In this document: in pieces, positions 49,907 through 63,962 of the stretch | How positions within the stretch are numbered: the stretch's first letter is position 1 | Layout of the letters: each line of letters begins with the position of its first letter | Assembly (NCBI RefSeq): GCF_021028975.2 | Contig: NC_059429.1 | Location: forward strand, 38,998,001 to 39,062,000 | Length of the DNA stretch: 64,000 bases | Source of the DNA: Sphaerodactylus townsendi | Taxonomy: Eukaryota | Reading direction: 5' to 3' | The notes under the pieces: generated by a model | The model's input: only the letters and a program-made list of their open reading frames with translations | The model's database searches: none | What the model was told of the DNA's origin: nothing | Translations under genes and position numbers: made by a program

Positions 49907-50833
49907 AGCATCTTAAATGTTGCCTGGAAACAGAATATTTAGTCGCAATCAGCGGGAGCTGGTGTTATATGTGTTTTTGTTCAGATAGAGGTCAGAATAC
50001 TGCATTCTAGACTAAATGACATTTCCAAACATGTCAGTTTCTTACTCTCCAGAAAATTATGCCAACTGAAATTTCATGAAACCTCATGAGATCACAGGTG
50101 GCATTCTGGGGTTACCTAGCAACTCCACCATAGAGTACTGGAGGGCACTGATGGCAGAAGTAGACGAAGTGGCAGCACTGGCAAAAGGGAAATACTAGGG
50201 TGACAGTGGGAGGGGTGGGGGGAGCAGGAAAGAAAGTGACAGGAACAAATGAAGTTTTGAAGCTGGCCATTCATGTATAGGAGCCCTATCAATAAAATGT
50301 TTTCCCCTTAGTAAAAAAATAGCCTGTCCTATATATGAAGTTTCACTGATCTTTTTCATGCATCACAGTGAAGCTGTGGCCCAGAATGAATCATTGTAGC
50401 ATCTTTTTACTGCATCCATTAATATCTAGAAGTATACTTTATCAGCCACAGTGGTGAGGACAGGATGGCAGTCTAGTATTATTATGACAATGGATGATTC
50501 AATAGAGAATGTATGTTTTATTCTCTCTTTTAGTATTAACTTAGGCATCTTGCTGAACAACTTTTAATGGTGCACAGAGTAGTTTCATGATTGACTACAT
50601 ATGTGGAATGGAAGCACAAGCCTAAATACCTGTTAAGCAAAGAACTAAGTTACATGGGCCATGCAACATCTTCAAAATGGAATCATATTATTACTGTAAA
50701 AAATAATGGATTTACAGATTGTATTTGACAGCGTTCCAGCAATTGCATCTATTATATTGTTGTGAGTTTGCTGTCTTGATTACTCTGAATGGATCTATAA
50801 CTATGTGCTTGGTCTAAAAGTATATAATCAGCA

Positions 50834-50947
50834 AAGAGCCCCATGGTGCAGAGTGGTAAGTTTTAGTACTGCAATACTAGCTCTGCTCATGACCTAAATC
50901 TGACCAAGGTCAATTTCAGGCTGCTAGCTCAAGGTTGACTCAGCCTC
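50834..50947 (+). mobile_element. Sauria-SINE-like fragment
   Basis: gagccccatggtgcagagtggtaag...tactgc...ctcaaggttgactcagcct. A reverse fragment lies at ~1375-1452. Confidence 0.6.
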
Positions 50948-53709
50948 AGAGGCGGAGTGAAGGGAAACTGCCCAGGGAGCGCACGCATGCCACAGCACTG
51001 CCTTCCACCCCACACCCCACACTGCCAAGTAACCATCAGCTTCAAAAAGTAATCCCTTCCAGTTTAGGGGATAGGGAAAGTGTATTTGGAGAAGCTTTGA
51101 GAAAGAATAATAAGTTGAAGTTGGATGTGAGTTGGCTGAAATATTTTGCCATGTATAATCTTTTTCTCAATACGGGGATCTGATACGGAGGAGCAGATTT
51201 GCTGCCCTGAAGGAGAGTATGTTTATATTATTTATTTCTTTGCATGTATTTTTAGCCTTCCCTATACCCAAAGAAATCCATCCATTCCATTCTGTTTTTG
51301 TATACTTGTAAATAAACAGTTTTAAAAGCCAGTGCTCTTGCTTTTCAAAGAAGTCTCAGACCATTTAATGTTGCCATTGGAACCTCTTACCCAGCAGAAA
51401 AGTAGGAAATACAACATTATAATCACAATGAATTAGTATGGAAGCATTTTCATTATTTGTGGTTGGTTTATCAGTTGTGAGACCATCTTCAGGGAGCAAT
51501 GGTTATATAAGAACAATGTTTTATATACAGAAGGTCCTGGGTTAATTCCCTGGTATTTCCAGTTCAGCGATTGCCACTCTTTTCTTTAACAGCAACATTT
51601 GATTAATGNNNNNNNNNNNNNNNNNNNNNNNNNNNNNNNNNNNNNNNNNNNNNNNNNNNNNNNNNNNNNNNNNNNNNNNNNNNNNNNNNNNNNNNNNNNN
51701 NNNNNNNNNNNNNNNNNNNNNNNNNNNNNNNNNNNNNNNNNNNNCCCCACTTAAAGGCAGGACTGCTTCCACTTCCTTTCACACATAGAGACATAACAAG
51801 TCAGTTGTTCGAGTCTTGTAAGAGCATTCTATCTTGAAATCTTTTCCTGGGTCTTGCAGGCACTGCATGAATTACTCTTTCTCAGTCAGTAAGCTCCTAA
51901 TAGTTCATGAGCTATTTGTTAGAGACCCCTGCTCTATTTAAAGGATGACTGATAGTTAAAGAAAGCCTAGAAAACTGCCTCCAAAGTAGACTATACAGAG
52001 CTAGATGGACCAGTGATCTTACACAGCATAAGGCAATTTCATATGTCTCTTGTTCTATTTGTGTATATTCAACAGTAGATAATTAGAGTATTAGAATTAG
52101 TCTGGCAATATACATGTGGTTGTTTATGAGATTACCATATGTCTGACAAATAATTTGTTGTTTATTCTGGGAACCTCTTTTTGCTAATTTGTCTGAATTT
52201 TAATCCCTGCAAATAACTAGAGGAAATCTTTATACGGTGCTAATAACAGCAGCTGCGCTTATTAGATATCTAATGCAGAGCTAGCATAGTAGCACATTAC
52301 TTTTGCATGTCTCATTATCTACATATTCATATATAATAAAGACTTTGTTAATTCTTCCCCCACAGTACAAGATAATTCATGGTTTCCAATCATGGCATAA
52401 CAATTCACTTTTACAGACAAATTGACACTTACTGTATTATATATCTCTGTACAAACCCTGAATGCTATGGTTCTTGCCATTCGTTAATTATAAGCAAAGA
52501 CAACAGACATTTAAATTATCAGACAAGTCACAGCTTACATGAGTCTGATCTATATTTCCTAGTGCTAAATGGCATCTTCCCCAAAACAAAACAAAGTTAC
52601 AACTTGGAATGAGCATCAATATTTTTAATCAGTAAATTTTGTGTTTGGGTTTTTCAACCTGGACATTTTTGGTAAATCTGGTATCCATCAGCTTTATTTG
52701 GCTGTTACTGAAAATTAGATGTTTTGCAACACAAACCCAGCTGCAGCAAAATGGCCACCATAGCAGTCCACTAACAATATTGCCATATAATGTTTAGACT
52801 TTCCACAAATGTTTGGTATAATGGTTTATTTATTGTAGGGTTATCAGTTTTAATTGGTTTAATCCATAAATTACACTGCCATCTTCAGCAGAGTTACCTC
52901 ATTCTAAGTCTATGGACTTCAGAGGACTTGGAAGGTTATAACTCTGCTTATAATAGAACCATCAGTCAATGAATGCTTTACAAGTTGGGCCAATATTACT
53001 TTCAGAAGCAAACTTTAATTTGCAAGGTTCAAAATTAAGACCATAACTGTCTATTTTTAAGATAACATTTGTCCTGGTGTGAGGTTATGATGAGGTGAGA
53101 TTTTTTTAAAACCAAAAACTGTAGTTTTGTTATTAGATTCAAGTTATCTTACACTTCCTTCAAAATATCAAAAAGTATCTCTGCTGAAGTGTTAACAATA
53201 TGCAAATTATTTAAATTATCAGTGAATGATTAATCAACTAAATACCAGATTAAAGGTAGACTAAAATAGTTATGCACATTAATTTGCAGTTTTATGATAA
53301 TTATTGTATTTTAACAGATTAATTACACCAGACATCCAACAGATAGATCACTCAAGGTTCTTAATGGTGTCACCAGGATGTTAGCAATAGATGGGAGAAG
53401 CAAGATAGTATAAGAATACAAAGGGGGATGGTTACCCGAGTCTAGCCTGGAGATGCTGCTAATCATTTTAGAATTTCATAGGCTGTGAGACAGAATACAA
53501 CTGTGACTTGTCCCATTTCTTGTTGCAAGCAGAACTCTAGCAGAACTCTAGCAGAACACCTATATAGAGAATAATCAGTATTATAGCTCTATAGGGATTT
53601 TAGCACCACTAACATTCCTCATTAAAAAACCTGTCTGATGCGCACAGAGATTCAGTACATTCAGAGGTCTCAAAAGTTATCCCTTTTTCTCAGAATGTAA
53701 ATATTCTAT

Positions 53710-53890
53710 GCCCTGATTTGGATGACCAGGCTAACCCAACCTTGTCAGATCTTGGAAGCTAAGCAGGGTCAGCCCTGGTTAGCACCTGGATGGAAGAACA
53801 TCAAGGAAGACATCCAGGCATAGAGGCAGGCAATGGCAAACTATCTGTGAATGGGGTCATCATAAGGCAATTGCAACTTGATGACCCTTT
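53710..53890 (+). mobile_element. 5S rRNA-headed SINE
   Basis: gtcagatcttggaagctaagcagggtcagccctggttagcacctggatgg (5S internal control region-like) followed by gaggcaggcaatggcaaac. Confidence 0.7.
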
Positions 53891-54791
53891 CCAGCACCAA
53901 ATATTCTGTGGAGAGATGTTGATGGGACTTCACTTGAAACGGGATATAATGTCTCATCTACATTTTGCAGCAGAACACTCACAACAGTGCCACATTATAT
54001 TATTCTGAATATTTGTCAGGTCTTAGAGTGGTAGCCAGAATATCAGAGATTGCTAGTCCCCAGAGGAGCCTCTAATGGGAGAAGAATAATTTCCTTTAAG
54101 AAAGAAAAGGGTGGTTCCCTTGGAAATCAGAGCATTAAACTGGCAACAGGGTTAAAAAGGGGGGGCCAGTTGTAAAACAAAAGTCATATGTTCTCTAAGA
54201 TAACAAATTGGTAGATATCATAAGAGGCGTACTATTTACAAATTTAACTAGGACAGTAACAGTATGAGTTTGAGGGAAATACCGGTACAAGGTAATGTAG
54301 TACCTGTGAACAGGGACAGGTATAGTTTTCTTTGGATGTGGAGTGAGTTCTGCGTCCTCAATCACCCACACTTCCACACTTTTCATATAGTCTTAATAAA
54401 AACACCCTCTTGATCAAATCTTGACTGCTTCTTCCTGTTCACCCTTCCCCATGTTTCAGGTAAGTTATCTGCTTTGCTCTTCCTTATTTAAGTGCCAGGC
54501 ATGTTTACTTAGTGAAACAGCTTTTATAGTGTGCTTTTGTGCACTCCAAAATTTGTTCAGTAAGGGGGAGGACTTGGCTTTGGGGTTGAACCAAGGACCA
54601 GCCAGTCAGCTTTATGCATAGCACTTCTCTGAAAATCAGAATTATATATGCGGTCAAAGTGGTTCAAACATACACGAGGACTGCTCACAAGTTACTGAGT
54701 TGGATTCAGTTTATAAGTAAAATAAGGCCTAGTCAGCTTATAGGAAGTTCTGACCATAGACTTCATGGTGATTTCTACAGCTACATGCACA

Positions 54792-56172
54792 CAGAGGCGT
54801 TCCTCCCATTGGGCAAAGTGGGCAGTTGCCCTGGGTGCAGCCCTGTGGGGGGCGCAGGTTTGTTTGTGGGATTTTTTGTATTTTCAGTGTTTCTTTTCAT
54901 TTTTGGCCTGCAGAGGGCGCAGTTTTTAGGCTAGCAGCACCAAAATTTCAGGGATGATTTGGGAGACTCTCCTGATACTATCACCCAGGTTTGGTGAGGT
55001 TTGGTTCAGGGAGTCCAAAGTTATGGACTCCCAAAGGGGGTGACCCATCCCCCATTGTTTCCAATGGGAGCTAATAGAAGATGAGGCTACACCTTTGAGG
55101 GTCGATAACTTTGGACCCCCTGAACCAAACTTCACCAAACCTGGGAGGTATCATCAGGAGAATATTTTACTGATACCACCCAGGTTTGGTGAAGTTTGGT
55201 CCAGGGGGTCCAAAGCTATGGACTCCCAAAGGGGGTGCCCCATCATCCATTGTTTCCATTGATAGCTAACAGAAGATGGGGGTTACACCTTTGAGGGTCC
55301 ATAACTTTGGACCCCCTGAACCAAACTTCACCAAACCTGGGTGGTATCATTAGGGAAGTCTCCTAAAGATACCCTGAAAGTTTGGTGCTGCTAGCTTAAC
55401 AATTGCACCCTTGCCCCTGCCAGCAGGCACCTCCCAAATTCTACTAGAATTTTTTCCTTTTAAATCCCCCCCCCTGCAGCTTGGACATTGGATTTAAAGG
55501 GAGAATCTATGAGGTCCCCATTTAAACATTGCAAGAGTGATGCTGTTTCAGGGGTGAGGGAGAGAATCAACCCCAAAATAGCATCACTTCCAATGTTGTT
55601 TAAACACAAGAACTCGGAACCCCCAGAATTTTTCCCTTTAAGGTGGATTTAAAAGGAGAATCTGGGCTCCCTAGTTTAAACACCATTGAAAATTATGCTG
55701 TTTGGGGGTGGATTCCAGCATCATTTTGTTTAAACTAGGGAGCCCAGATTGCTCCTTTGAAACATTGAAAGTGATGCTGTTTTTTCCCCAATTATGGGGA
55801 GGAATTTACTGGATACAACACCATAAAATGTTTTCATAGCAGTAATAAAACATTTTGAAAGCATTTTGAAAATGTTTTCAAACAATTATTTCTGCTGTGT
55901 GGCATGGCTTATTGCTGTGCTCAGATTTGTGAGTTGGGGCATGTTCTATAATGTGATGGTGACTTTGAAATGACCTGGTGGAAAAAATCATTGCTTGGTC
56001 ACACTGGGGGAGGGTGGCTGCCCCTGGGGGGGCACCAAACTCCAGTTTGTTTAGATACACCACTGGGCGTAGCTACAAGGAGGGGTGCGTGTTGCATTGG
56101 GCACGTGCCTGGGGGGGGGGGCATCAAACTCAACTTTTGCCCAGGGCTCCAGTTTGCCTAGTTACGCCACTG
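54792..56172. mobile_element. Large composite hAT non-autonomous element with nested hairpins
   Basis: cagaggcgt ... acgccactg; perfect TSD catgcaca; two tandem ~160-bp hairpin units (54985-55144 and 55179-55340). Confidence 0.85.
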
Positions 56173-56349
56173 CATGCACATGACAAATGTAGCTCTAGGA
56201 ACTGCCAGAAACTGGATGGTAAGATTATTAGAGCTGCCCCGGCTCTAAGAATTACAAGAAACTCTGTAGTCAGACTTTCCTGTAAGCTGACAAGACATTT
56301 TTCATTTTAACATTTTTTCAAGAATATTGCCCACCCATAACCCTACACC

Positions 56350-56481
56350 CAGTGGTGGGATTCCAATAATTTAACTGGTTCCGGTGATGGGATTCAGATA
56401 ATTTAACAACTGATTGTTTACAAGCACCATTTAACAACTGGTTCTGCCGAAGAGGTGCGAACCTGCTAAATCCCACCACTG
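56350..56481. mobile_element. Small hAT MITE (CAGTGGTGGGATT)
   Basis: TIRs plus perfect TSD cctacacc. Related pieces at 19352-19655 and 41760-41815. Confidence 0.85.
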
Positions 56482-57089
56482 CCTACACCCAACCCATATT
56501 TCATCTGTCATCTGATCATATTCTGACAGTCCTTACCTGGTATATCAAGCCAATACAATTTGGGATCCCAAAGGAAAATTTGGGTTATCAAATCCAGTCT
56601 GTAGAATACCTGGAGATCTTGGGGAAGTGCTTGGAGTATGCAGGACCGGAGCGAGAGGGAACTGCGCCCAGGGCATGTGTGTGCCCTGCACCCCTGCCAT
56701 GTTCCTCGCCCTGCCCCAGAACTCCCCCTCCACACTCCCACACCTGCATGCACCCAATGCGTCGTGCGCACCCCTGCCCCCTTGGTCTACACCCCTGGGA
56801 GTATGGGAGAATTTGGGGAAGAATTTCATATAAGATCTATGACAATATTATATCTAGGGAGGTCAGAGGGGGAACAAGACCCAGGCACCATTCACCTGAG
56901 TCACATGAGAATGCGTTTTGGCCACCCACTCCCACCCTCTCTCCCACTTCATGCCCAGTCCCTGGCTGAACTCCCTCACCCATGTCCCCCTGCCAAATAC
57001 CTCCTACCAGCCAAATTCCTCCTACCAGTGTGTTACCAGCTGCAGAGACACTTGGAGGGAGGAAAGTTAGCTGCAGTTAGTCTCCTGTT

Positions 57090-58140
57090 ACATGTGGGAA
57101 TTAGTATGGGGTCCCCTAAGACACCTTCTTTAGCTAATTTATTTATAGCCCTGTTTGAGGAGACATTTATTTTAAATCCAGACAATAATCCTTTCTTTGA
57201 TAATATATTGTTTTATAGGAGATTTATAGATTATTTGTTTTGTTTTGTTTCTAGACTATCAATAAGTTGAGTTTTTCAATAACTGGTTAAATATGGTCCA
57301 TGAGACCATCAATTTCACCAGTAACAACAGTTTGGAAGAGTTACCATTTCTTAATTTAAGGGTTAGAATTATCAGCAGTGGCATTGTATCAAAAACCCGC
57401 AGACTGTAATAATCATTTACACTATTCCATCCACATCACACTAGAGAAAATTTACCATTTGACATTTTTCTCAAAAGGAAATGTACTAAGGGCAAAGACA
57501 GTGAAAAAGCAGTGAGAAGTATAAAGAAGTATAGAGGTTAACTTGCTCAATAGGAACGACTGTGGAGAGTGATTAAGAGAGCCAGAGAGAAAGCAGATGC
57601 AACCAACAGGGATTCTTTATTGACAGTTAAAGATCGAAAAATAGCAGACAGTGAGGCAATTAGAAAAATATATTTAAATACTGGCCCATAATCCAAGAAT
57701 TGCCAGGTTTCCAACAGCCCCCAATACTGGCTGGAGACGAAGTGAAACCATAGGCAACACATTAATTAGGGCTGATGTGAGACCAATGGAACAGAAAAAA
57801 ACAATCTTAATAGGACATTACAAGTGTGGAAGGTGTACACTGTGCAAAATGTATGAAGAAAATAAGGAAACTATGGTCATTGAGAAAGGATTTAGGAAGG
57901 TACTGCAGGGCTTGCAACTCCTCTAATGTAATTTACATGGTAAGATGTTTATGTAATTTATATTATATTGGCCAGACCCAAAAAAAGCTGCAGGTAAGAA
58001 TTTTGGAATATTTATCCAGTGTCAGGAAGAGCATGATAGAAGCTCTTATAGTGGCACATTTCACAGAAAAACAACACCAATCTCTAAGATTTACGGTCCT
58101 GGAAACTGTGGACCATGGAGGAGAAAGCCTACCTATTGTA
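57090..58140 (+). mobile_element. Decayed Penelope-like (Neptune-type) RT + GIY-YIG ORF
   Basis: RT motifs GISMGS..PSLANLFI..FE and FYRRFIDYLF; GHYKCGRCTLC zinc-knuckle-like linker; CNSSNVIY...YYIGQT...RILEY GIY-YIG. Several stops and frameshifts. Confidence 0.88.
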
Positions 58141-58375
58141 TAGTTTTTAGATAGCTTAGCAAATAGTGTCTGTATTAGTGGGGTAGTTCAGATCTTAGTT
58201 GTTAGGCTAAATTAGTTAATTTTTGCTAGTGTTGTTAGTTGGGTAAATTGGTTTAAATGGGCCATAGAGAGGTGGAGGAATGGGCCAGGGATCCCAGTGA
58301 TTCTGGGGCATGGGAGATATGGCGATAGGCCTAGGCCATATAAGAGATACCAAGGGAGATGTAGTTATGCTCGCT

Positions 58376-58447
58376 CTCTGTCTGACCTACAGCCTATCCC
58401 TCTGTCTGATCTACAGCCTATCCCACTGTCTGACCTACAGCCTATCT
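58376..58447. repeat. 21-bp tandem repeat x3 (ctgtctgacctacagcctatc)
   Basis: Directly visible. Confidence 0.9.
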
Positions 58448-61400
58448 TGGTATACCGAGGAGCTGCAACTATAAACAGTCTTTCTGACCTGCATCATGTA
58501 CATTTATTGTTGCCGTCTTTTATCTCTCCCTCCTAGTTTTTAAAGCAGTCTAACGATCCAATTCCCATCAGGGAAAGCATCAGGGGAGAAAGAATTAAAT
58601 CCCAGAGTAATGGCCACAACTCCTACCTCCCCAGATGCTTTTTGCAACTATAATATTCATCTTGGAATGCAATCATGAATGCCCCAACATCACATGTGGT
58701 TTGTTCCCAATCAGCATGTATAAGAGCAGCATACAAATCCCTGTCACTTTCATTCAGAGATGCCAGCTTTTTTACAAGCATTTCAGACATCTTTGGCATG
58801 TCAGCGATTATACTTCATTGATTGGGCCCAAGTAGTTACCTAACAGATATGTAGCCAAATATAAAAAGTGTGTTGGTACGCTGTGCTATAAATATTTTAT
58901 TAGTATCAGGTATTAGGAAGATTGAGATACCCATAACAGAGATGATACTTGCCTGTCTACCAAAATGTGGCTGAGATGCAATCTTATGCAAATTAAGTAG
59001 CAACAGCAGGTAAAGCTTGGGGTTGTTAGACATTCATTTCTGAGGAGAAGACACACATTGGAATGATATGAAAAGAGCTTTCTTGCTTTGTATTTTAAAA
59101 CACAGGGCTCAAGTTTTAGTGCTGAAATCAAATGGAGACAAAGAATGCACATGATGAATACATGATCTTCAAACCCTTCCATGTGCAGAGGGAGTCATGA
59201 AAGTAATTTGTGAGGAAATCAGAAGTAGGTGGAGTAGACTCAAAGCTGGTGTTAGACCCAGAGGCCTATGTGCAGTACCAACTGTTGGGAGAGGTTTAGG
59301 ATCAAATTAGGTCAGTGGCAGAGTGGTTGCACACAGATATTAAAAATCAGGGATAGCTTATCATAAATGTGTTTTCAACAAAGTCTCTAACAGCTAGGCT
59401 TTCTTCCTTTTTACATGTGCAAGTACCATGACATCCAAGTACCATAACAGTTTAATTCTCTCCTGACTCTCAGGTACTCTCTTTCCTCTCAACATGAAAA
59501 ACAAGCTGTTAAGGGAAAAACTACACATACGGTAGGAAAGAGAAGAGCAAACTTTATGTTTCTGGGAACTACTTAATGTTTTTCAAGAGCCTCACAAGCT
59601 ACCAGTCACAAAATGAAAGTAGAGTGGGTTAAGCCAGTTCACAAAATAGCATCTGGTACAAAAATTATAGAGTTTCTGAGCAGGTACGCAATATTTATGA
59701 AAGAAAATGTTTACTTTAATATTTATCCAAAGTAAGTCACTACACAAAGCTGTAATTTGCCCTGTAGGAAATGTGTGGTTATTTCTATGTAAGTTCTAGA
59801 AGAGGCAAAGAGCAGCTTTGATATAGGAGGAAAAGATCCATAACATTCTCCTTTTTCATCCAGTTCATGAAGGAGGAATAGGAGAGATGGATGTGAAAGG
59901 GTGCTGGTAGTGCTATCATGTGCACATTCAGAGCTGGTATGCCTCTGTGTATTTCCTTCTCCTTCACACAAATGAAAAAGTGGAGAGTTGTGCCTGCTAC
60001 TATGCAAAAGCCAATTGGGTGCAGGACCTGATTATTTTTCCCGCCCAGCCGCCTGATCTTCCCACCTGACGTTCATTCAAGCTGCCACTCAAAAACAGCA
60101 GGCAATCAGAACGCAGGACATCGGGCATGCTCAGAGATGCTTGCAGTTGCCACTCAAAAAATAACAGCCAATCAGATATGCTTCCAAAGTAAATACAGAA
60201 GTCCCAAGCTCGTGGGAAATAAATTGGAGTATTTCCTCCTGGTTTTCAATGGGTTCCTTCAAAAAGCAGGCAGCCCTGCAGACGGACACCCTGGGATAAA
60301 ATAGACCCAGGTTAAAAAAATCCCGGTGGTGCACAGGTATAATTTTGCCATGCAGAAATGACCGAGGTGGGCTTTTATCTTTCCAGTGTTGTGATGTGAG
60401 TCTTTTAGCTGAAGTAAGGCCACAATTTTCACTGACTATCAGTTACCCTTCAGGAGACAGGCAAATAGCACGTAGACATCCTAAAAAAATCAGTGAATGT
60501 TCTAAAAAGAAATTGATGTGAATAACTTCTCAGAAAAAAAACACAAATGACTGGACAGACCCAAAGCAAATGTTTGAGGGACTTACAATATCAGCAATAA
60601 GATGCTTTAACCCAGACCTTTGCTAAAGAGTTGCTGGGTCCAATATAACTTATATTTAATTTCTTGCCGAATAAGTCTCAACTTAAGATCCATGGAGAGA
60701 ACATGGCAACATGGAGAGAACATCATTAGGGCAATATCCCACTGCTTTGGCAAAATAGGGCAGTCTAACTCCTTATTCCATTCATTCCTGATACTTTTTA
60801 TGTCATATTTCTTAATCTACATCATATATTTATAAAGGAATATTGTAGGTTTTGTTTTCTGTCTTGATTCAATTAGTTTTCTGGAATAAATGGGACTCTG
60901 TCAACCCAATCCAGAGGGGGAGCTTCAAATCTACTTCAGGGTGCAGTGGAGGACAACATCGATACATTTGCCCCTTCTGCTAGCGTAAGGGGATCCAACA
61001 CAGGCAGAGAAAGTAAATATGCCATTCATCCAGCTGCCCCATAGCTCTGTGATGGGCAAACCTGGAAGTGGGTGCTGCACCAAAGCTGAGTGGATGGCAG
61101 TGCAGGGGGGTGGGGTGGTCCGGGGATTCCTGGGTGTGGAGATGACTTTAGTCAGCTTCCATCCGGGCTTTCTTGCTGAGAATGCCAACCTAGGGGCCTC
61201 AGCTGTATGTGATCTAAAAGGGTGGTATAACTCTTTTGAGTCATAAAAAGGGCTTTCCATGTGGCTGGGGATTTTTTTTATTTTTTGCTGCCTGCCTGCC
61301 TACCCTGTTTGAAGGCCCTCTGGAGATGGCACAGCAGCGTGGCAGTGGTGCCACCTCTGGCCACTGCAGTCCTGTGGATTGCCACANNNNNNNNNNNNNN

Positions 61401-63449
61401 NNNNNNNNNNNNNNNNNNNNNNNNNNNNNNNNNNNNNNNNNNNNNNNNNNNNNNNNNNNNNNNNNNNNNNNNNNNNNNNNNNNNNNNNNNNNNNNNNNNN
61501 NNNNNNNNNNNNNNNNNNNNNNNNNNNNNNNNNNNNNNNNNNNNNNNNAAATGTCAAAAATTATTTGCAGCTCCAAGTGTTTTCTTTTCCCATGGAAAAC
61601 AGGTCCAAATGGCTCTTTGAGTGTTAAAGGTTCCCTACGCCTGATTTAGAATATTACATAAACTTTGGTGGTAAACCATATATATATGTTTTTTTTATCT
61701 TTTACTCTGCCCATTCTGAGAAGTGCATGGATGCGCCTGCCCTGCTGCCTGCAGGGCGGGCAAGGATGGGGCCGGCGGCTCGGCTCGTGGAGCCACAGCG
61801 CAAGGGCAGAAGAGCCGCATGCGGCTCTCGAGCCGCAGNNNNNNNNNNNNNNNNNNNNNNNNNNNNNNNNNNNNNNNNNNNNNNNNNNNNNNNNNNNNNN
61901 NNNNNNNNNNNNNNNNNNNNNNNNNNNNNNNNNNNNNNNNNNNNNNNNNNNNNNNNNNNNNNNNNNNNNNNNNNNNNNNNNNNNNNNNNNNNNNNNNNNN
62001 NNNNNNNNNNNNNNNNNNNNNNNNNNNNNNNNNNNNNNNNNNNNNNNNNNNNNNNNNNNNNNNNNNNNNNNNNNNNNNNNNNNNNCAAATTGGTTCCTTT
62101 TCAGTAGCTGGGTTTTTTTTTTAATGTTCAGACAAAATGTTGACAGATTCAGTCCTGGATTTCTAATTTAACAGTTCATTGATCCTAAGCTTCTTTGAGC
62201 ATTATTTTCATCATACTGTTATGACTGTCAATGTAACACTGTATTCGGGAATTGTTGGCATACTGAGGAGATGACTTTGATGCCAGTCTTTGGCATGGCC
62301 ACAGACTCACAGAGCACAGGAAGGAGAACTGTTGAGGAATTGCTAGGCAGCTGCACAATATCTCAGGTGTGTTTTTGTCTCCTTCCTGTAGCAGGTACCT
62401 ACAAAACTTGGGTGTGGCTAGTTCTATTGTTTTTAGTCTGCAACTAATTGACAGTGACTGCAACTCATCAGCCAGCTATGGAATCCTGAACCAGCCCAAG
62501 ACATCATTTATTGTTTTGTTGGTGTGACATAACTAAGCAGAGGCAAACAGAATATAAAGAGTTCACTACAGGAGTATGAATAAGAGAGAAAGAGAGAGAG
62601 AGAAATAATTTCTGATTGGCTGGAGAGAGTGCCTGTTAATCAGTGAGTGGTTATTTTGAACAGAAAAGACAGTTGGAAGAGGGCTTTTTTGAGAGGCAGA
62701 GATTGAGTGAGCAACTCTGTACCTTCTGAGGAGATTGTCAGACAGATGTGGCTGGTCTAATCTATGTTCCCTTGTTGCAGTTTAACACAGACACACAGGG
62801 ATATTGGTCATCTTTGGGGAAAATACATTGTTGGCAAGAGGCAGTGAGGCTTCTTATTCAGTCAGTACCCAAAAAGGTAAGGGATTCTTCTGAGGGTCAG
62901 AAGGAAAAATCCTGACCATAATCCATGTGAATAAGGAATAATCATGTGGTTATGGTAGATTGTCCTTAGTCTGGTGTTAGGCAAAACTGCTAAGATTTTA
63001 CTTTAGAGTAAATATATTCTCTCAAACTATATAGTGATGAAGGAATTCTGATAACTATAGCATCAGGAAGTGCACAGGATTTGCAGAAATCGATATTGTA
63101 GCTATAGCTGGTCAAATTGTATGAGTTTGCCTAACCATATAGGTTCCAACTCTTGATGATTAGTTACATGCTACTGATGAAATAATATCACTGTTACTTC
63201 CTTACCCTTGGTGGTGTCAGTTAACATTTATGAGACATTTCTGAGAAATATGTGAGGTTATTGAATGTGACAGTGGCAGAAGTTTTGAAATCATTATTTA
63301 TCTCGATGTTTCCTGGAAGGCTCTTATTTATATATATACCCATCCACACAGGTAGAAATGTGCTTTGTATATTGGTCAGCATCTAAAAAAAATGTCTATT
63401 GCTAGATTTTTCAGGATTTTTGGAGGATGCTTGAAATATAATCCCTACT

Positions 63450-63621
63450 TCAAAAATAAGCCCTAGTTACTGATTCCTTGGCACAGCTAATCTGGTCACG
63501 GGCGGGTGGGGGGGGGGGGATCATGGAAAAAAATAAGACAGCCCCTGAAAATAAGCCCTAACACATCTCTGGGAGCAAAAATTAATATAAGACCCTGTCT
63601 TATTTTCGGGGAAACAAGGTA
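63450..63621. mobile_element. Tc2/pogo-like DNA transposon end
   Basis: Repeated aaaataag(c/a)cc motifs ending in tcttattttcggggaaacaagg|ta. Confidence 0.55.
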
Positions 63622-63789
63622 TGCAAGCTCCTTCTGCCATCATGGGCTAATATGCCATAACCACAAAGGATAAGAACTGCCCTACTGGTAACAGAGTGTG
63701 AGAAGTAAAGCTGCTTTAGATCCAGTTCTTGAAATTATATGGCGTGGGTTTTATACTCTTCTCAGAAAAGGGAGAACAGCTACATTCTA

Positions 63790-63962
63790 TTTCAGCAGCA
63801 TTTTAGGGACCAACAAGATCTCTGGTGTATGAGCTTTCATGAGTCAAAGCTCCCTTTGTCTGACTCTCATAAGCTGAACCCCCCCCCCCCCATCTTGCTG
63901 GTCTCTAAGGTACTGGGTGGACTTGAATCTAGCCATTGTACCGCAGACCAAAACAGCTGCCC
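63790..63962. mobile_element. Degenerate Penelope-derived short element
   Basis: gaccaacaagat...gagctttcatgagtcaaagctccc...ggtctctaaggtact...gcagacc; decayed hammerhead-like motif on the minus strand. Confidence 0.45.

Noticed and set aside
53730-53795. 5S rRNA gene
   Set aside because: Diverged, partial and fused to a retroposon tail, so it is a SINE head.
56537-56598. Minus-strand exon-like segment with CAG|gtaagg donor
   Set aside because: Weak acceptor, sandwiched among TEs, and no partner exons or recognisable protein.
58376-58447. CRISPR-like repeats
   Set aside because: Head-to-tail tandem repeat with no spacers, in vertebrate DNA.
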